Shown one piece after another: positions 63,879 to 64,000 of a DNA stretch of 64,000 nucleotides. The stretch lies in NCBI GenBank assembly GCA_964538455.1, contig CAZIDZ010000003.1:46843-110842 (forward strand), given 5' to 3'. Source of the DNA: an uncultured bacterium. Its GTDB lineage: Bacteria > Electryoneota > Electryoneia > Electryoneales > Electryoneaceae. Positions within the stretch are counted from its first letter, which is position 1. Every line of letters begins with the position of its first letter. The position numbers and the translations under genes are program-made. The notes beneath the pieces were generated by a model. It worked only from the letters and a program-made list of their open reading frames with translations. It did not search any database and was not told the DNA's origin.

Positions 63879-64000
63879 ATGGCGGATATATCGAGAATCG
63901 GACTCAGGCCCGGACAGCTCCCCAGCGAGCTGCCGAAACGCCCGGATTCCACGAAAAAGAGCGAAGGTCCGTCCTTCGGCGACACCCTGAAGGGACTCAT
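63879..64000 (+). CDS. fliE: flagellar hook-basal body protein FliE (3' end cut by window edge)
   Basis: AAGGAGG lies 4 nt before the ATG. 'MADISRIG...SEGPSFGDTLKGL' matches the FliE N-terminal 'SF.d.L' block. Expected position after flgC. Absent from the ORF track because it is truncated. Confidence 0.7.
   Translation, partial: MADISRIGLRPGQLPSELPKRPDSTKKSEGPSFGDTLKGL

Noticed and set aside
1-64000. Search for CRISPR arrays, transposases, integrases, phage genes, toxin-antitoxin pairs and other defence-island hallmarks
   Set aside because: I saw no regularly spaced direct repeats and no ORF with DDE/tyrosine-recombinase, nuclease-helicase or TA-like features. The window reads as core chromosome. 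By-eye repeat detection at this scale is imperfect, so a computational repeat scan would be the decisive check.

Overview
This is a GC-rich, densely coding bacterial chromosomal window. I call about 63 protein genes. I recognised no rRNA, tRNA, CRISPR array, transposase, integrase or phage gene. The host is a diderm (BamD, Lnt) and flagellated (FlgB/FlgC/FliE). It makes bacillithiol (bshA/B/C), which suggests an FCB-group-like lineage, but taxonomy cannot be settled from here.

Gene content, left to right:
- PlsC-type acyltransferase (cut by the window edge), a membrane metallophosphoesterase, an LMW phosphatase and a DUF554 protein.
- A long minus-strand string: SAM-methyltransferase > bshC > bshB > bshA > phosphomannomutase > hpnC > hpnD.
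- An Ig-domain lipoprotein, mannose-1-P guanylyltransferase and a Crp-family regulator.
- A B12 acyl-CoA mutase locus (MeaB-like GTPase, large subunit, small B12 subunit), interrupted by a 1510-aa PAS/GAF hybrid histidine kinase.
- YebC, a methyltransferase and an AhpD-like protein.
- An Rrf2-regulated suf operon (sufC-B-D, Rieske, sufS, sufU).
- A 2-oxoacid dehydrogenase operon (E1a/E1b/E2/E3 plus a lipoate ligase-family gene).
- A redox cluster: rubredoxin, a secreted thioredoxin-NHL protein, a secreted glutathione peroxidase, a His-box hydroxylase and PntAA/AB/B transhydrogenase.
- Nitroreductase.
- A three-gene candidate outer-membrane electron-transfer module (cytochrome-porin fusion, YceI, monoheme lipoprotein).
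- yicC-gmk-rpoZ-coaBC-udg-dnaB-relA-hup-ruvX, an oxidoreductase, lnt, a small membrane protein, bamD and nadD.
- The start of a flagellar rod operon with a textbook sigma54 promoter.

I found no classical defence or mobile island. The items most worth follow-up are:
- the Cyc2-like cytochrome-porin/YceI/cytochrome c cluster, together with the 819-bp AT-richer non-coding region upstream of it;
- the methyltransferase translationally coupled to the bacillithiol operon (candidate N-methyl-bacillithiol synthase);
- active-site residues showing that the 'methylmalonyl-CoA mutase' is isobutyryl-CoA-mutase-like, and its interruption by a giant sensor kinase;
- a histone-H1-like Lys/Ala tail on PntAA;
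- an extended AT-rich dyad between rubredoxin and the dehydrogenase operon;
- an unexplained 450-bp insert between flgC and fliE.

Many long ORFs in the supplied track are antisense shadows of real genes, as is typical of high-GC DNA, and I rejected them.
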